Shown piece after piece: positions 51,447 through 64,000 of a DNA stretch of 64,000 bases. A program made the position numbers and the translations under genes. Source of the DNA: Lama glama (taxonomy: Eukaryota). Every line of letters begins with the position of its first letter. The first letter of the stretch is position 1. Below the pieces are notes generated by a model, which was not told the DNA's origin, did not search any database, and saw only the letters and a list, made by a program, of their open reading frames with translations. The stretch lies in assembly GCA_028534125.1 (NCBI GenBank), contig CM052817.1:85934001-85998000 (forward strand). Direction: 5' to 3'.

Positions 51447-54400
51447 TGTGCATGTAATCTGTGAACAATAGAGTCATAATTTATTGCTGTATTTTAATGA
51501 AAATAAATATTAGGTAAGATAAATGGCAAAGGATATTATAGAAGGGGGAGATATAAGGAAATATAGCTTCAGAAAACAAGTAAAGGGTTGAATGCAGAAG
51601 AATTACAAACAGGAGTACTACAGTAGAAAGACACAGTGACAAAGCAAGTGAAGATTATGAAAGAAGAATATATAGCAAATAATGGAGAGAAGGTAAAAGA
51701 ACAATGAAAAGCTGTGACAGATGAATGGAAAGGAACTCACTAGTTCTAAGTTATCAAAGCAGATTGCTCTTGGCATATCCTCCTTTTAAATTAAACGATA
51801 TGCTTTAGTATAATTTCACACTGCATTTTCATAAATGAATTATCTAATTAACCTCTTCTCACAGCTCTTCAGATTGCTAATTCTTAAATCTTTAAGGCAG
51901 CGTTGGGCAAAGTGCGTTTTATAGAAATTTAGGTTTCCTCAGAAATGCTTCAATATCATAATGTTGATTCTAATTCAATTTAATTTGGAATATTTTAAAA
52001 CATCAATAACAAACATGCATACTCAAATACATCATGTATAAACGTATAACCCACTGGAGTCTTCAGGTTCTGCTGCTGGATTAACTGCTTGATGCTGTTT
52101 TGTTTTTGCTACAGGATTCAGGATAAAGTTTCTCCTGCCATTTCTCTTTAAATAAATTGTATTTTTAAAGCAGGAAACACAATGCTACAAGCAAACATTT
52201 CCAGTTTGGTCCATCCAAGTGAATCAAGATTATCTCAGACTCCATGGTTTCAAAAAAAGAACAAAAGAAAGAGAAGACCAATTCATTGGTTACATTAACA
52301 TAGACTCTGCAGATTTTTAAAATATAAGATAATGTGTCCTCTACAGTCACCTGAATTTTCTGAAAGATTTCACTTTAAAAAAACAACCAAATATTAGCAG
52401 AGTTTTAAGTAATTAAATCTAAGGCAGTATTCAGCCACAGAATAGGAATGTTGATGTTTTTCAACCTCTCTGTAAGGAAGGACGTTTCAGTTTTCCTCTT
52501 CATATTCATTTCAGTGTCCAGAAAATAGAAAACTTATTTAAAAATAAATAAATAGACAGATAAATAAATAAATAAACGAAAACAGCTCATCATTTTGCTT
52601 CCCCAAGGAAGCTACGAGTTAGACAGCAAATTAAGAGTGAGTGCAAGGTCCTTACGGTTATTCCTTTCAACATGCAAAACGATTTTCCTTTTTGAAATGA
52701 ATTTAGCTAATGTTCCTTTGAGATGATTCATAGTTCACAGACAGCTGTTTACCTTCAAGCCCACCTCATATAATTTACCCTTCGCTCTGGTTGCATTTCA
52801 ATTCTACATAAACATGTTCAGTAAATTCTCCTGGTAACACGTTAAAGGTTAGACTGTCTTTTGGCAATGGATTTCCAACCAGGTGGAGAACAGAAAAAGA
52901 AGTGGGAGAAACTTGCAAGAACAAAATCAAAGACACCAAATTTTAATTGGCCTCCAGGTGTGGCTATTGTTATTGGCTATACTCTAATTAAGTGGTATAA
53001 ATTATATATTATTCATATGTTTCTAAAGTTATGTAATTTTGCCTTTCTTTATTTTCTGTAATTTTCTAGAACATCATTGATTTGTTAAAATATTAATGCA
53101 ATATAAATAAGTAATTACTGATGTAATTCACATATTTAATTTTTTGATGTAGATAAAAACTTAAAAAAAAAGTTTTGAAGATTTTTTTTAAACCACAGAA
53201 ATTATGACTATTTTTTTAAGGTCATACTAAAAAAAATTGTAGTGTAGAATATATTATGAAAGATATTCATTTTTTCCTCACAGTGGTGGATTAAATGTAA
53301 TAGGTCATATAATACACTTTAGAAAACATTCTGAGTAAAAAATATTCTATCCTCTCAACACTCTGTAGGATAGATGATACAAATTTCGTTATTACCAATT
53401 TAGAATAAAAGACACTATGATGCTCAGAAGTTCTATGACTTGGCCTTTGTTACATGAGTCATAAAACTAAAACTAGAAACACACATATTTTGAAACTTTA
53501 AACCATATTGTTTTTATAAGATATTTTATTCTGCTTCAAATACCCAAGGGAAGGCACTTATTTTTTGTTTTATTTCTCCCTGGTCTAAAATTTATGTTTG
53601 CTTATTTTTAATTTCTACCCAAGATAAATGTTTGTAAAAAATGTCTTTCTCAAAGGAATTTTTTATTTGGTTTGCCAGAGTACTATCATTTGAGGATCTT
53701 AATTTACCTTTTTTTCAAAAAAACACTCTGGTGGGATTGAGTTTTGGGTGTTTTGGAGGAGGTAGACGGGGATAATTATCAAGTAAAAAAGACTCATTTT
53801 CTTTGAACTCTCTAAATATTTTGTTGCAAGATCACATTGACACAGTTCTGAGGCAAGTTTTATTTATTTTCACTCCTGTATGAGTGAGAGGAATATAAGT
53901 GACTCTTAGTTATCTCTCTGTTTGGGGACCCTCACAGAAAAGATAGAGACTGGGAGAAATCAATATTATTGTTAAAACACATTAATTTAATTTTACCTGA
54001 GGAGATCAATGCCAAACGTGGCTCTTAGCTTTGGGGTCTGAAAACCCTGGGCTTTTTCTCATTCAAGACACATGGGAATATGCCATTAACCTTTTTTTTA
54101 ATCATCAGAATTTTTTTTTTCTCTGAGGTTATTAAGCCTTATCTTGCAGGATTTCTCTGAAGATTAAGTTAGTTATCAATATCATTCAGCTCTGTGTACC
54201 ATTATGAACTGGAGTTTTTTCTTACTAGTTATTATATCAAGGATACAAATCTAAATAAAAATTTGAAAAAAAAAGGTTCTCATGGAATGATTCTAAAGGA
54301 GATGGTGGGGGAGGGGAGTGAATTACTTCACATAACCCACAGCAGTATTTCTTAAAAACCTGTTTTAGACACTGCTGTTCCTAAGTCCAACTTTCCATGG

Positions 54401-55031
54401 CAGTTTCATTATTAAACCTCTTCCCTCTTTGCTAATGTGCTCCCTGGAGTCTTTCTCTCTCTGCCTCCCTCCAAAGTCCGCATTTTGTATTGTTTATATC
54501 AAAAAAGGTAGAGCTCCAATTTAGCCTCTCCCACATTCTCCTAAATCTCTTTTCCTCATATTTATCTATTCTTCCCTATAAAGTTTTATTAACTAGAGTA
54601 TTTCAGAAAAAATTTAAAAAGCTCTTTTACAGATAAATTTCGAACTGTAATGTTGTAGCATACAATTAAGGGCACTTGAGAAGTAAGCGGTTTTCAGTGA
54701 ACTCCTATGATAGCTAAAATGTATTTATATATGAGAAAAGATGAATAATTCAGATACAAAGCTAAAAGAAACGAATATCCTAAAAGACACTTCAAAATAT
54801 ATAGTAAATGAAGGTCCACGATGTTCTGAGGCAGATGCTAAAAGGCCCAGTTATGAGCTTTTATTGTAGCTTCTAGGCAACATAACCATCTGAATTTTGA
54901 GGGCATGGTTCTTAAAATTAATTTTTGTTTGGCTTTTTGAGCAAGTTATTTGTAATTTTTGAACTTTAGTTTGAAAAGCAATGTAAATTATACAGACAGT
55001 TTGGACACTTTATCATGTGGCCCTTATAGAG

Positions 55032-55212
55032 CAGCGCTTCACAATATTTGGTCTGCATATGAAACACCTGGGGATGTTGGTAATTTGAAAATTATGATTC
55101 AGTCATTCTGGAGTGAGAGGCAAGATTCTGTATTTCTGAGAAACCGCAGGTCATGTTCATGATGCCTAATGAGTATGCTGTGGATCTGTGAACCACACTT
55201 TGAGTGGCAAAG
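55032..55212 (+). mobile_element. MER5B-like hAT-Charlie MITE
   Basis: cagcgcttcacaatatttggtctgcatatgaaacacctggggat...gattctgtatttctga...gaaccacactttgagtggcaaag; flanks ttatagag and acctagag. Confidence 0.8.
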
Positions 55213-55689
55213 ACCTAGAGCTTCTTGTTATATCCAAGACAAAACAAAAGCAAAAAACCCAAGAGATTTCAATGATTAAATATACATTTCTGTTTATAAT
55301 AGCTTGGCCCAGAATGATACTATTTAATTGTAACAGTCTCATGAAAAAAGATCAGACGTATATTCAGTACATTTATGATGTCAACTCATGGACCAATAAG
55401 ATCCCCATACAAAGTCTATATAAACTTTTACAGGAATTTAATTAAAGCTGGACGGCATATAATCTAAGGTAGCATAAGGGATGCAGTCTTACGCATGGCA
55501 AATTAGAAAAAACAGTATAGAACAATCAGTACCATATATATTTTAAAGAAATCGCTTATTTTAAGTGACAAACACATCATCTATTATGTTTAAAGAATTA
55601 TGTTTATTAAAATATCAGAAATTTTATAGTAGAGTTTGTAAATATTTGGAATAAACTTAGGTCTTATATTTGGATAAAAGTTACAGCAA

Positions 55690-56210
55690 TGGTCATTTTA
55701 TATCTAGTAATAGGTTTATGGATATTTAAGTACTATCATAATAAAAATATTTTAATTCAACATTATGGATATGAGAAAAATTTTCACATAAAAATCCAAA
55801 AAGTAAAAGTGAACCTGCTTTACATATAAACTGGGATTTAACAAGTAAAATGGATATAGGATAGTAGGAACCAGCTTTCTGAGTAAGATATTGTTATTTA
55901 AGGGGGGAAAGCTAAAATAAACCCTGCTGTACTAAATTAGAATCATAGAAATCAAACAAACATCATATGTAGCTTAAAATATATAGAAATGCAAATTTAT
56001 TGATTAATAGACAATAGTTATAGATAATGTTAGTATTCACACACATTTCCTAGATGTATCTACTGGAAAATGTAAAAGCAGTAACCGTAGTAGCAAAGAA
56101 CACACTTATCATTCAGATCTTGGTTTGCATATGTCCAAACTCACCAAATTTTACACATTAAATATATGCAGTTCTTTGTAGCTCAATTATACATTAATAA
56201 AACCATTCAA
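55690..56210 (+). mobile_element. L1MC/ME-like 3' fragments
   Basis: ggtagcaaagaacacacttatcattcagatcttggttt-like text; ttttacacattaaatatatgcagttctttgtagctcaattatacattaataaaa. Confidence 0.55.
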
Positions 56211-57724
56211 ATGAGACTTAGAAGAAAAGTTTGTTGGAAATAAATATTGTGAAAGAGTAGACAGATAAGGCAGAGACTAGGAAAGAATTAAATTGAGAGA
56301 AAATATACTGACTTTCAAAATCTTTTAAAGACTGAGGAATGTTTGCAGCCACAAACTGCTTAAATTCATTTTAACTTTGCTCACATTTAGACACTTCAAC
56401 ACTTTTTTTCAGTTTCATTCTGAATTTAAACTCTTCTTTACAAAGTGGTTCAGAGTTCACTGGCAGTGTTTCTAAAGACCCCAATGATGGACAATTTCAA
56501 GGGTGAGACAAATACTGCAATGTAGTGGACAATAAAAGATCACCCACAATTCTGTATTCTCTGGGTCAGGTGTCCAAGGTAAGTTTGTTTTGTTTGTTGG
56601 CTTTTTTTTTTTAATCTCACCCTTATCATCTTAAGGTAGTCAGAAGTTTCCAATAGATCCATAGGTCAGGTGGAAAAAAACAAATAATTGCCTCCACTTG
56701 GTAAGTCCACCATGATTCTGGTCAGGACTGCAGGACTGCCTGCCTGGAAACCAGTACAACAATACTGGTAAGCTGCTGTGAGTCAAAGATTTACTTTTAA
56801 ACATTAACTGTGATAAAATATATATCAATAAATACCTTATTACAAAATAGTCTAAATTCACCTGTGCTGCTCATTTCTTTTCATCTATTTCTTGTCTGCT
56901 CTTGAGGTGAAGTATAATGAGTTCTATGCAAATGTATTCATGTAACAGGGAATGAATATATTAAAAGATGAAATACCTAATCAAAGCCATTGTGTTGTTT
57001 CTTGAATCTTTTCCTAAGTTTCAAAATCTTGCTTAAGTTATACCAAAAATTTGGCACATGCTTTAAAGCATTCCTTTCAAATTAACGTGTGAAAATGTAA
57101 TCCAAATATTTTAACATATTCCATTATTCTTCATTTTGTTAAATACTGAAATTGGAAATCGACACAAGCAGAGAAGCTGCTTAGATTTAATATTGAAAAT
57201 TAAATTTCTTAATTAAATAATACAATGCTAAAGCTAGGGTATATGTGCACAGTCTTGCTGCACGTATGCCACAACAAGCCTGCAGGGTTTTGTGACTGAT
57301 TTTCTACTTATGAAGAAAGTAGCATATTTTACATACAGATATCATGCAACTATTTGGTCATGTGTGTTATTCTCTGAACAAGCACTTCATAGAGCACCAT
57401 GCAAAAGTATATATAAGGGACTCTGATGATTTTATTGAATTAAAATTATATTGCATAGTGCAACGTGGTTCTTCTCTGATAGAGAATATTTGCCCCTAAG
57501 CATGGCATAACGAGAGTGCTATAGCTGTGCATGCAGCATTATAACGTAGATTGAAAAGAAAGAGGACAGGACTTGGTGGACAGATAGCAGTAATCATTCT
57601 CCATCTCAATAACTTTACAATGTTTCTGTGGTGGGTTAGTCATATCTGTTTAGAGGTGAAACAATAGCATGTTTCAAATATCAAAGGTCCAAGCACTAAA
57701 AATAAATGTTCATTAACATATTAC

Positions 57725-58458
57725 AAAATTATCATCACAGTAGGGTTAGCTGATACTTCTATCACCTGATATAATTACTTTTTGTGTGTATGTGAGAACA
57801 TTTAAGAGTTACTCTCTCAGCAACTTTCAAGTATGTAACACGGTCTCATTAACTATAATCACCATAGATTATAGATTATCATGTTTTATGATCTCCCGAA
57901 CTTATTCATTTTATAACTGGACGTTTGTAAACTTTGATAGATGTATCCTCATTTCCCTCACCCCCTAGCCGTTGGTAACCATCATTCTACTCTGTTTCTA
58001 GGAGTCCATTTTTTTTAGATTTCATATGTAAGTGAAATGATACAGTATTTGTTTTTCTCTGTCTGATTTATTTCGCTTAGTGTGGTACCCTCAAGTTCCA
58101 TCCACATCATCTCAAATGGCAGGATTTCCTTTTTTCTCATGACTGAATAGAATTCTATTTTATTTATATATATATTTATATATATATACACATAATTTAT
58201 ACAATATACAATATAAATTATGTGTATATATAATATAAATAAAATAAAATTATATATACATATACACACACATACACATATACACACCACATTTTCTTTA
58301 ACCATTTATCCATAGATAGACACTAAGGTTGTTTCCATATCTTGGCTACTGTAAATAATGTTGCAAAGGACATGAGAAGGCAGGTAGCCCTTCATGACCC
58401 TTCAGATATATACCTAGAAGTGGAATTGCTGGATCCTAATGATAGTTTTATTTTTGTT
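57725..58458 (-). mobile_element. L1MA9-like ORF2 end and 3'UTR with internal (TA)-rich expansion
   Basis: gagaacatttaagagttactctctcagcaactttcaagtat...ttagatttcatatgtaagtgaaatgatacagtatttg; ORF 58015-58305 KKEILPFEMMWMELEGTTLSEINQ matches the ORF2p C-terminus. Confidence 0.92.
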
Positions 58459-58594
58459 GTGTAATTATTTTGCAGTATATATCAAATCATCATGCTGTGC
58501 ACTTTAAATTTATACAGTGTTATGTGTCAGTAATATCCCAATAAAGATGGAGGGAAAAAAGGAAATAAGGATTGAGGGAAAAAAAAAAAGACCT

Positions 58595-59560
58595 AGAACT
58601 AGAATGCATTAAAAAATACTCAAAACTCAACAGTTAAAAATAATAATAATAATAATAACAACAACAACAACAACAACAACAATAATAATAATTCAATTAG
58701 AAAATAGGCAAAGACATAAAGAGGCATTTCACCAAAGAAGATTTATAGATGGCAAATAAGCCCATGAAATGATGTTCATAGTCATCAGTCATTAAGGAAA
58801 TACAGATTAAAATCACTATATACCTAAAAGAACGGTTAAGACAAAAAAAAAATGACAACACCAAACATTAGGAAAAATGTGGAAGTCACTCACACATTGC
58901 TGGTAGGAATGTAAAATGGTACAGTCATCCGAGAAATTGGTTGGCAGTTTCTTAAACAAATTAAACATTCTATAGCCATACAATCCAGCAATTACATTCC
59001 TGGACATTTACCTCCAAGAAATAAAAGCTGTGTTTACATAAAAGCCTGTACACAAATGTTTATAGTTACTTTATTTGTAATAAACCCAAACTAGAAATTA
59101 TCTACATAGCTTTTTCATAGGTGAAAGGTTGACCAAAACATGATACACCTGTGACACGGAATTCTACTCATCAATAAATAGGAGAAAATTATTGATATAC
59201 ATAACAACCTAGAGATGAATCTCCAAAGAATAATGCTGACTGAATAAAGCCAACTCCAAAAGGTTACATATTATATGATTTCATTTATATAATAATATTT
59301 CGAAATGATAAAATTGTAGAAATGGGTAACAGATTTGTGTTGGCTAGAAGTTTAGGATGGGATGGGAATGTGATGGAAGTGGCCGTGGCTCTAAAAGGGC
59401 AACATAGGGATGATGGAAACATTTTATGCTTTGACTGCATTCATGTACATACCCTGGCTGTGATGTTGTACTATAGTTTTGCAATATGTTACATTGGAAA
59501 AAACATGGTCAAGAGTTTAAAGAGTATCTCTGAATTACTTTTTAAAAGCACATGTATTTT
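58595..59560 (+). mobile_element. L1MC-like ORF2 end and 3'UTR
   Basis: attagaaaataggcaaagacataaagaggcatttcaccaaagaagatttatagatggcaaataagcccatgaaa...ctgtgatgttgtactatagttttgcaatatgttacattgg. Confidence 0.9.
58638..58692. repeat. Compound (AAT)n(AAC)n(AAT)n microsatellite within L1
   Basis: Directly visible. Confidence 0.95.
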
Positions 59561-59929
59561 AATGTATTATTGTGTCTTTTCTTACTACATAAATGATTAT
59601 TATCTTTAATTAGCTTAAAGTAAGAAAGTGCCCTTCCTAAATTTGTCTGGATAATATATGTTCTTTAGCAGCTGTACTGTCAATCTTTTTCACTATATAT
59701 TTGATTATTTTTAAGTTGCTTTTATTTTTCACATATTAAATCAGTGGGTTTCATAATTTTAAATTATGTACTACTGTATTATTATTGCAATAATAAACCT
59801 TTATTCTTCAATTGACTAATGAATTGCCCACATATATGTTAAGACTTAGTGTTAAAATAGTAATAATAATAATAGCTGAATAATCAGTATCTTAACCACC
59901 AGCTAATAGCAATTCAGAATGACATGCTT

Positions 59930-61445
59930 AGGGTTCTACTCCTGGCAGTAATGAATTAGACTGTGTCAGAGTAAACTGCCTGCTGAGAGCAACTGTAAAG
60001 GCTGGGCAAAAGAAACAAAACAGCTGTCTAAAGGAGTCAGAAAGCAACCAACAGAGCGAGGACTTGAGGGATTAAGATTTTGAAGCAAAGGAAAGCATTT
60101 TAATTTAATATCAATTCTACAATTCTGATTGCAGGATTATAGTGGATAGCTGTGGAGCAGAATTTGCAAAAGATTCACTGGCCAAGGAAAACAGAAATTT
60201 GTCTTTGAGATACTAATTAAGTAGCAAATAAAGGAAACAAAAAAGAACCAGAAAAAATGAGAATTGCACAGAACAAAGTCTAATATTCCCTTCGAAATTT
60301 TCTATGAAGGAATTTGCTGATTCCTAAATCCCAAATGCATGGGGTAAGAGGTGGAAAGCTTCAAGCATAAAGCATTTCCTGGAAGATTAAAAGGCTAATC
60401 AGAGTCTGGCAGTTCGAAAGTTATGGTACAAGCAAAACTTGGACATCAGCATTTAACAAAGAAAAGGGACCTAGTAAATAACCCTGTGCTTAGTAAAGAC
60501 CCATGAAGTTCAAACTCTAGAAGAAAGAGGAATAAAATAAATAGGTATTCTCTCACAAGGACTGAAAATTTAGTCTTGAATTATTGGAATGTCTGGTGAG
60601 GTCATGAGATTTGCATATACTCTCCCTGTTTCAGAAGAAAATTAAATTTTCTCTGAATAAAATTAATATCATTCAGAGACATTACAATTTTTTAATCTAA
60701 TTGTCTGGCAACCAATCACAAAATTCAGGCATACCAAGGCATAGAAATGAATGAGAAAAAAGAACACAGGAAAAAACATATGTAAACTAGATTAAAAAGT
60801 GTTCCTTAAATGGAGTATTGACCACAACTTATTGTAGATAAGCCACCAATCAATACTAAAACTAATGGATAAAAGTATCATGAGAAAGAAGATACTTACA
60901 TTTGTTCAAATTATCTCCCTTAAAATACTTACTAATTTAAAAGAGAAAAATAGGAATTTTTTTAGTGGAGAAACTTGACAGATACCACTTTAACAAGGCA
61001 TTCAAAGTCAGTATCACCAGTAATAAGATATAATGAGATCATGGGACCCCTCCTAACATTCATTGAGAAAGTTTTTTTTTTCCAAGAATATAATGGAATT
61101 TCTCAAGAACACCATGGAATATTTTACAAGAATTCCATAAGATTCCATAATACTCTTGCAGAAAAATACTAACATCAATCTCCTCGTGAGAAATTATCAG
61201 ACAAAACCAAACTCAGGGGCAAAATGGCTGATCACTATTCTCCAAAGTTGCCGAGGTCATGAAAGACCAGGAAAAGTCAGTAGATGGATTAATAGTATTA
61301 TATTAATGTTACTTTCCTTTTTTTGACAAACTTTATGTAGTTATAGAAGATGTTAATATTAAGGAAAGCTCAACAAAGCATACTCTCTATACACGTTTCT
61401 GCAACTTTTCTTGTCTAAAATGATTTCAAGTAAAAAAGTTTAAAA
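59930..61445 (+). mobile_element. Ancient L1M 5' region joined to an L1ME-like 3' end
   Basis: ctactcctggcagtaatgaattagactgtgtcagagtaaactgcctgctgagagcaactgtaaaggctgg; agtggagaaacttgacagataccactttaac; tttctgcaacttttcttgtctaaaatgatttcaagtaaaaaagttt. Confidence 0.7.
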
Positions 61446-61574
61446 TTATGAAAACGTGACAAAATAAAACATTCTCATGGATGTTATCATTTTATTGTAC
61501 CACAGTACTTAATTAAATGTACGTGAAGTAACCTAAGACATACATATTAAAGATGGAACAAATTCAGTATGAAA

Positions 61575-61712
61575 TTCCTCCAATAGTATGCTAGCATCCT
61601 GAGGGCAAAGATTTTGTCAGCTCTATTAACCACAAAAACTAGCATTTGATATAGTACCCTGCATACAGTTGGCCCTAAATGAAAATTGTTGACTGATTGA
61701 TTAATTGAATAA
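61575..61712 (+). mobile_element. L2 3' end
   Basis: cctgagggcaaagattttgtcagctctattaacc...ctagcatttgatatagtaccctgcatacagttggccctaaatgaaaattgttgactgattgattaattgaat. Confidence 0.75.
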
Positions 61713-62453
61713 ATGCATGCATGCTTTTTCAAGGCAAGAACAATATTTTGGGGAAATTTTCTGATGCATGAATACAATGATCCCGAGAGACTGGACTGTA
61801 GACTTATTTTCTCCTCCCATTGTTGTCCACTTTATTACTCCTGTGATCAAGCAACAAGAATTCTCAGGAATACAGCTGTTTGTTGTCCTATATTGGGAAA
61901 CAATGCATTGGTGTGACAGTGTGGTACTTTTTAAGATGCATTATAGAATTCTAGGCAAGTTACAAAAAACCAAGATCACCCTTAATCTTTTAATTAGTAG
62001 CTGCTGAATTAAAGATTTTTTTTTAATGGGGGAAATATATTTTCTGAATAGAGTGAAATTGAGCCTTATGATGAGAGAAGGAATTGAGGAAAAGCAAGAA
62101 GAAATAATGAGATTTCTACTCAAGGCTTAGGCTGCTTTTGTGTTCCTAAAATCAAACAGGTATGTTGCCCATACAAAAATTGGGAGTTGATCACTTCTAA
62201 TAGGGGAGAAGGCAAGTTGCTGGAAATGAGAAATAAAAGTATACTTGATGAGAATGAGATAAAAATAAAGAACTGTGGAGGAGAAGAAGAAAAAGAGCAT
62301 GGGTTACAGGACTTGAGAAGCCACTAAGTGCAGTTGCTGCCTGATGTCTACAGGTTGCTACGTTTCCAATAATTAGGCAGTGAGACCTCTCATTCTACTG
62401 TGATTAGGAAAACTAGGGGAGTTGGACTAAGACAGCAGTTCCAGATCCCTTGA

Positions 62454-62507
62454 ACACACACACACACACACACACACTCTCTCTCTCTCTCCCCCGTCTC
62501 TCTCTCT
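62454..62507. repeat. (CA)n(CT)n compound microsatellite
   Basis: Directly visible. Confidence 0.95.
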
Positions 62508-63377
62508 ACTTTTTCGGCTTTGTAACATTTACTTGCACACCTTAAATAAGAAATTGCTTAAAGTTCATCTTTTTCTTGGTTCATTACGTACACACTTGAA
62601 GGAAAGTCTGGTGCTCCCCTTTCATTTTAACTTGGGAACCCTTCCAGATTAGCACATATTGATATGCCATATTATTTTCAGTAGCCACATGTTTTTATAC
62701 TGTATGACTAACATTATTTATTTAATAAGGAATATGAAACCAAGCCTTATCAATCGCTGGGACCTATTTTCCAAGAGAATTTGTTCTGCTATAATAGGTG
62801 TGTCAATACTGAAAATTAGTTCATAAGTGATTGCTAAATAGGACAATGATAGCCATGTAATGCAATTGTAAACTCTAGTAGGAAAGATCAATTTGTCAAC
62901 TTTGCAGTTGCATTGGAATCAGGGAACATTTCAGTTAAATTGTAAGGAAAAAAAAAAGAGCAAGCACCAGTACTAGGATCTCCTCCCCAGAAAATTATGC
63001 CTGGAGTCTGAAATGGATATTTGATCTCAGCAGTCCACCTCAAATCCCTTACAGATGACCTAAAAACTGTGGTTCAGGGTGCATATGTCAGTGGAGATTT
63101 AACACAGCTTTAAGTTACTCCCTGGTGATTACTTTTTAAGTGCTCTGGTTTAAGAATTATACTGATTTTGCATAGATGTTTCTGTTTTCCCATTAACTTC
63201 ACTCATTATTTTAACTCACTAATTTCAGTACCTGATGATTTTGAAGAATATGGTATTTTTCAATAATTCATCATATTCACTCAAATAGAAAGGCTGTGTA
63301 TGCCATGTTCTACTAAGTATTGCAATTGTATTAATAGCAAATAGACACAGAATCTTTCTCAATACAAAACATTAAGC

Positions 63378-63513
63378 TTATATTCAATATCTTATAGTAA
63401 CCTATAATGAAAAAGAGGATGAAAATTAATATATGTATGTATACGTATGACTGAAACATTATGCTGTACACCAGAAATTGACACATGTTAAACTGACAAT
63501 TTCAATTAAAAAA
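63378..63513 (+). mobile_element. Lineage-specific L1 3' tail
   Basis: tatattcaatatcttatagtaacctataatgaaaaagag...actgaaacattatgctgtacaccagaaattgacac...tcaattaaaaaa; similar flanks caaaacattaagctta and caaaaattaagttta. Confidence 0.85.
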
Positions 63514-63884
63514 GAGTCAAAAATTAAGTTTACAAATTCAAAACTTTTAAGCCATTTGGTAATTAATTATAAATTATTCTGAAATAAACAGTATGTGCTC
63601 ATTTAGTATATGTTCACCATTCCAATGAACAAGGACTTTGTATATATTAATAGAGATAGTTAATATTCTTTTTAATGTGATTACCTCCAATGTGTTCCTC
63701 TTATGTGACTGCTTTTTGAAGATTTCTACCTTATTACTTAAGATTTCAACCAGACTAAAACCCCTACCTTCTTGGAGAGCATTTATGCCCACTGGCTCAG
63801 AGAACGTCTAGGATCTTTTGCCCTGTCCCACTTTTTTTGTATCACCTAAGTGATTTTAGAGTGGAAAAATAAAATATCCACTGA

Positions 63885-64000
63885 ATAGTCCATAGACCTC
63901 TCCAACTCAATATATCCAAAACTGAACTCATAATCTTTATCTGAAAACAAGACTCTTTTTCACTTATTTGATCAGTGGTAATAAATTCACCCAAATAAAT
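63885..64000 (+). mobile_element. L2 fragment
   Basis: agtccatagacctctccaactcaatatatccaaaactgaactcataatcttt. Confidence 0.7.

Noticed and set aside
52173..52320. Possible terminal coding exon (ETQCYKQTFPVWSIQ...SADF*)
   Set aside because: Weak acceptor, peptide not recognised, no partner exons.
386..63792. The short ORFs (60-138 aa) in the supplied track as host genes
   Set aside because: No recognisable domains except TE remnants (L1 ORF2 at 28981-29821 and 58015-58305; ERV-L pol at 34062-34373 and 46954-47148). Many start at TTG/GTG and have the composition expected of random AT-rich DNA.
1..64000. Novel biological system, non-retroviral endogenous viral element or NUMT
   Set aside because: No intact long ORF, array or mitochondrial/viral signature was recognised by eye. 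A translated database search would be needed to exclude very degraded elements.

Overview
AT-rich, CpG-depleted mammalian genomic DNA. It is probably camelid, inferred from two vic-1-like tRNA-Ala SINEs and cetartiodactyl-type L1 3' ends. I recognise no host protein-coding exon, RNA gene or CpG island, so the window looks intergenic or deep-intronic. A large part of it is fossil transposable element: many L1 fragments (one with a readable but dead ORF2 endonuclease domain), L2/MIR, DNA-transposon MITEs (MER58A-, Tigger13a-, Tigger1-, MER33-, MER5-like), four ERV1-type solo LTRs, MaLR LTRs and two decayed ERV-L pol remnants. The supplied ORFs are either TE remnants or chance ORFs. I found no evidence for a novel biological system. 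The best second-look items are an ERV-L proviral remnant whose LTR carries a consensus CTCF core, two L1 twin-priming inversions with target-site duplications (TSDs), a clustered HNF4/GATA/FOXA candidate enhancer, and a GAS motif in a solo LTR. Family names come from recalled consensus sequences, not a database search. Boundaries without a stated TSD are approximate.
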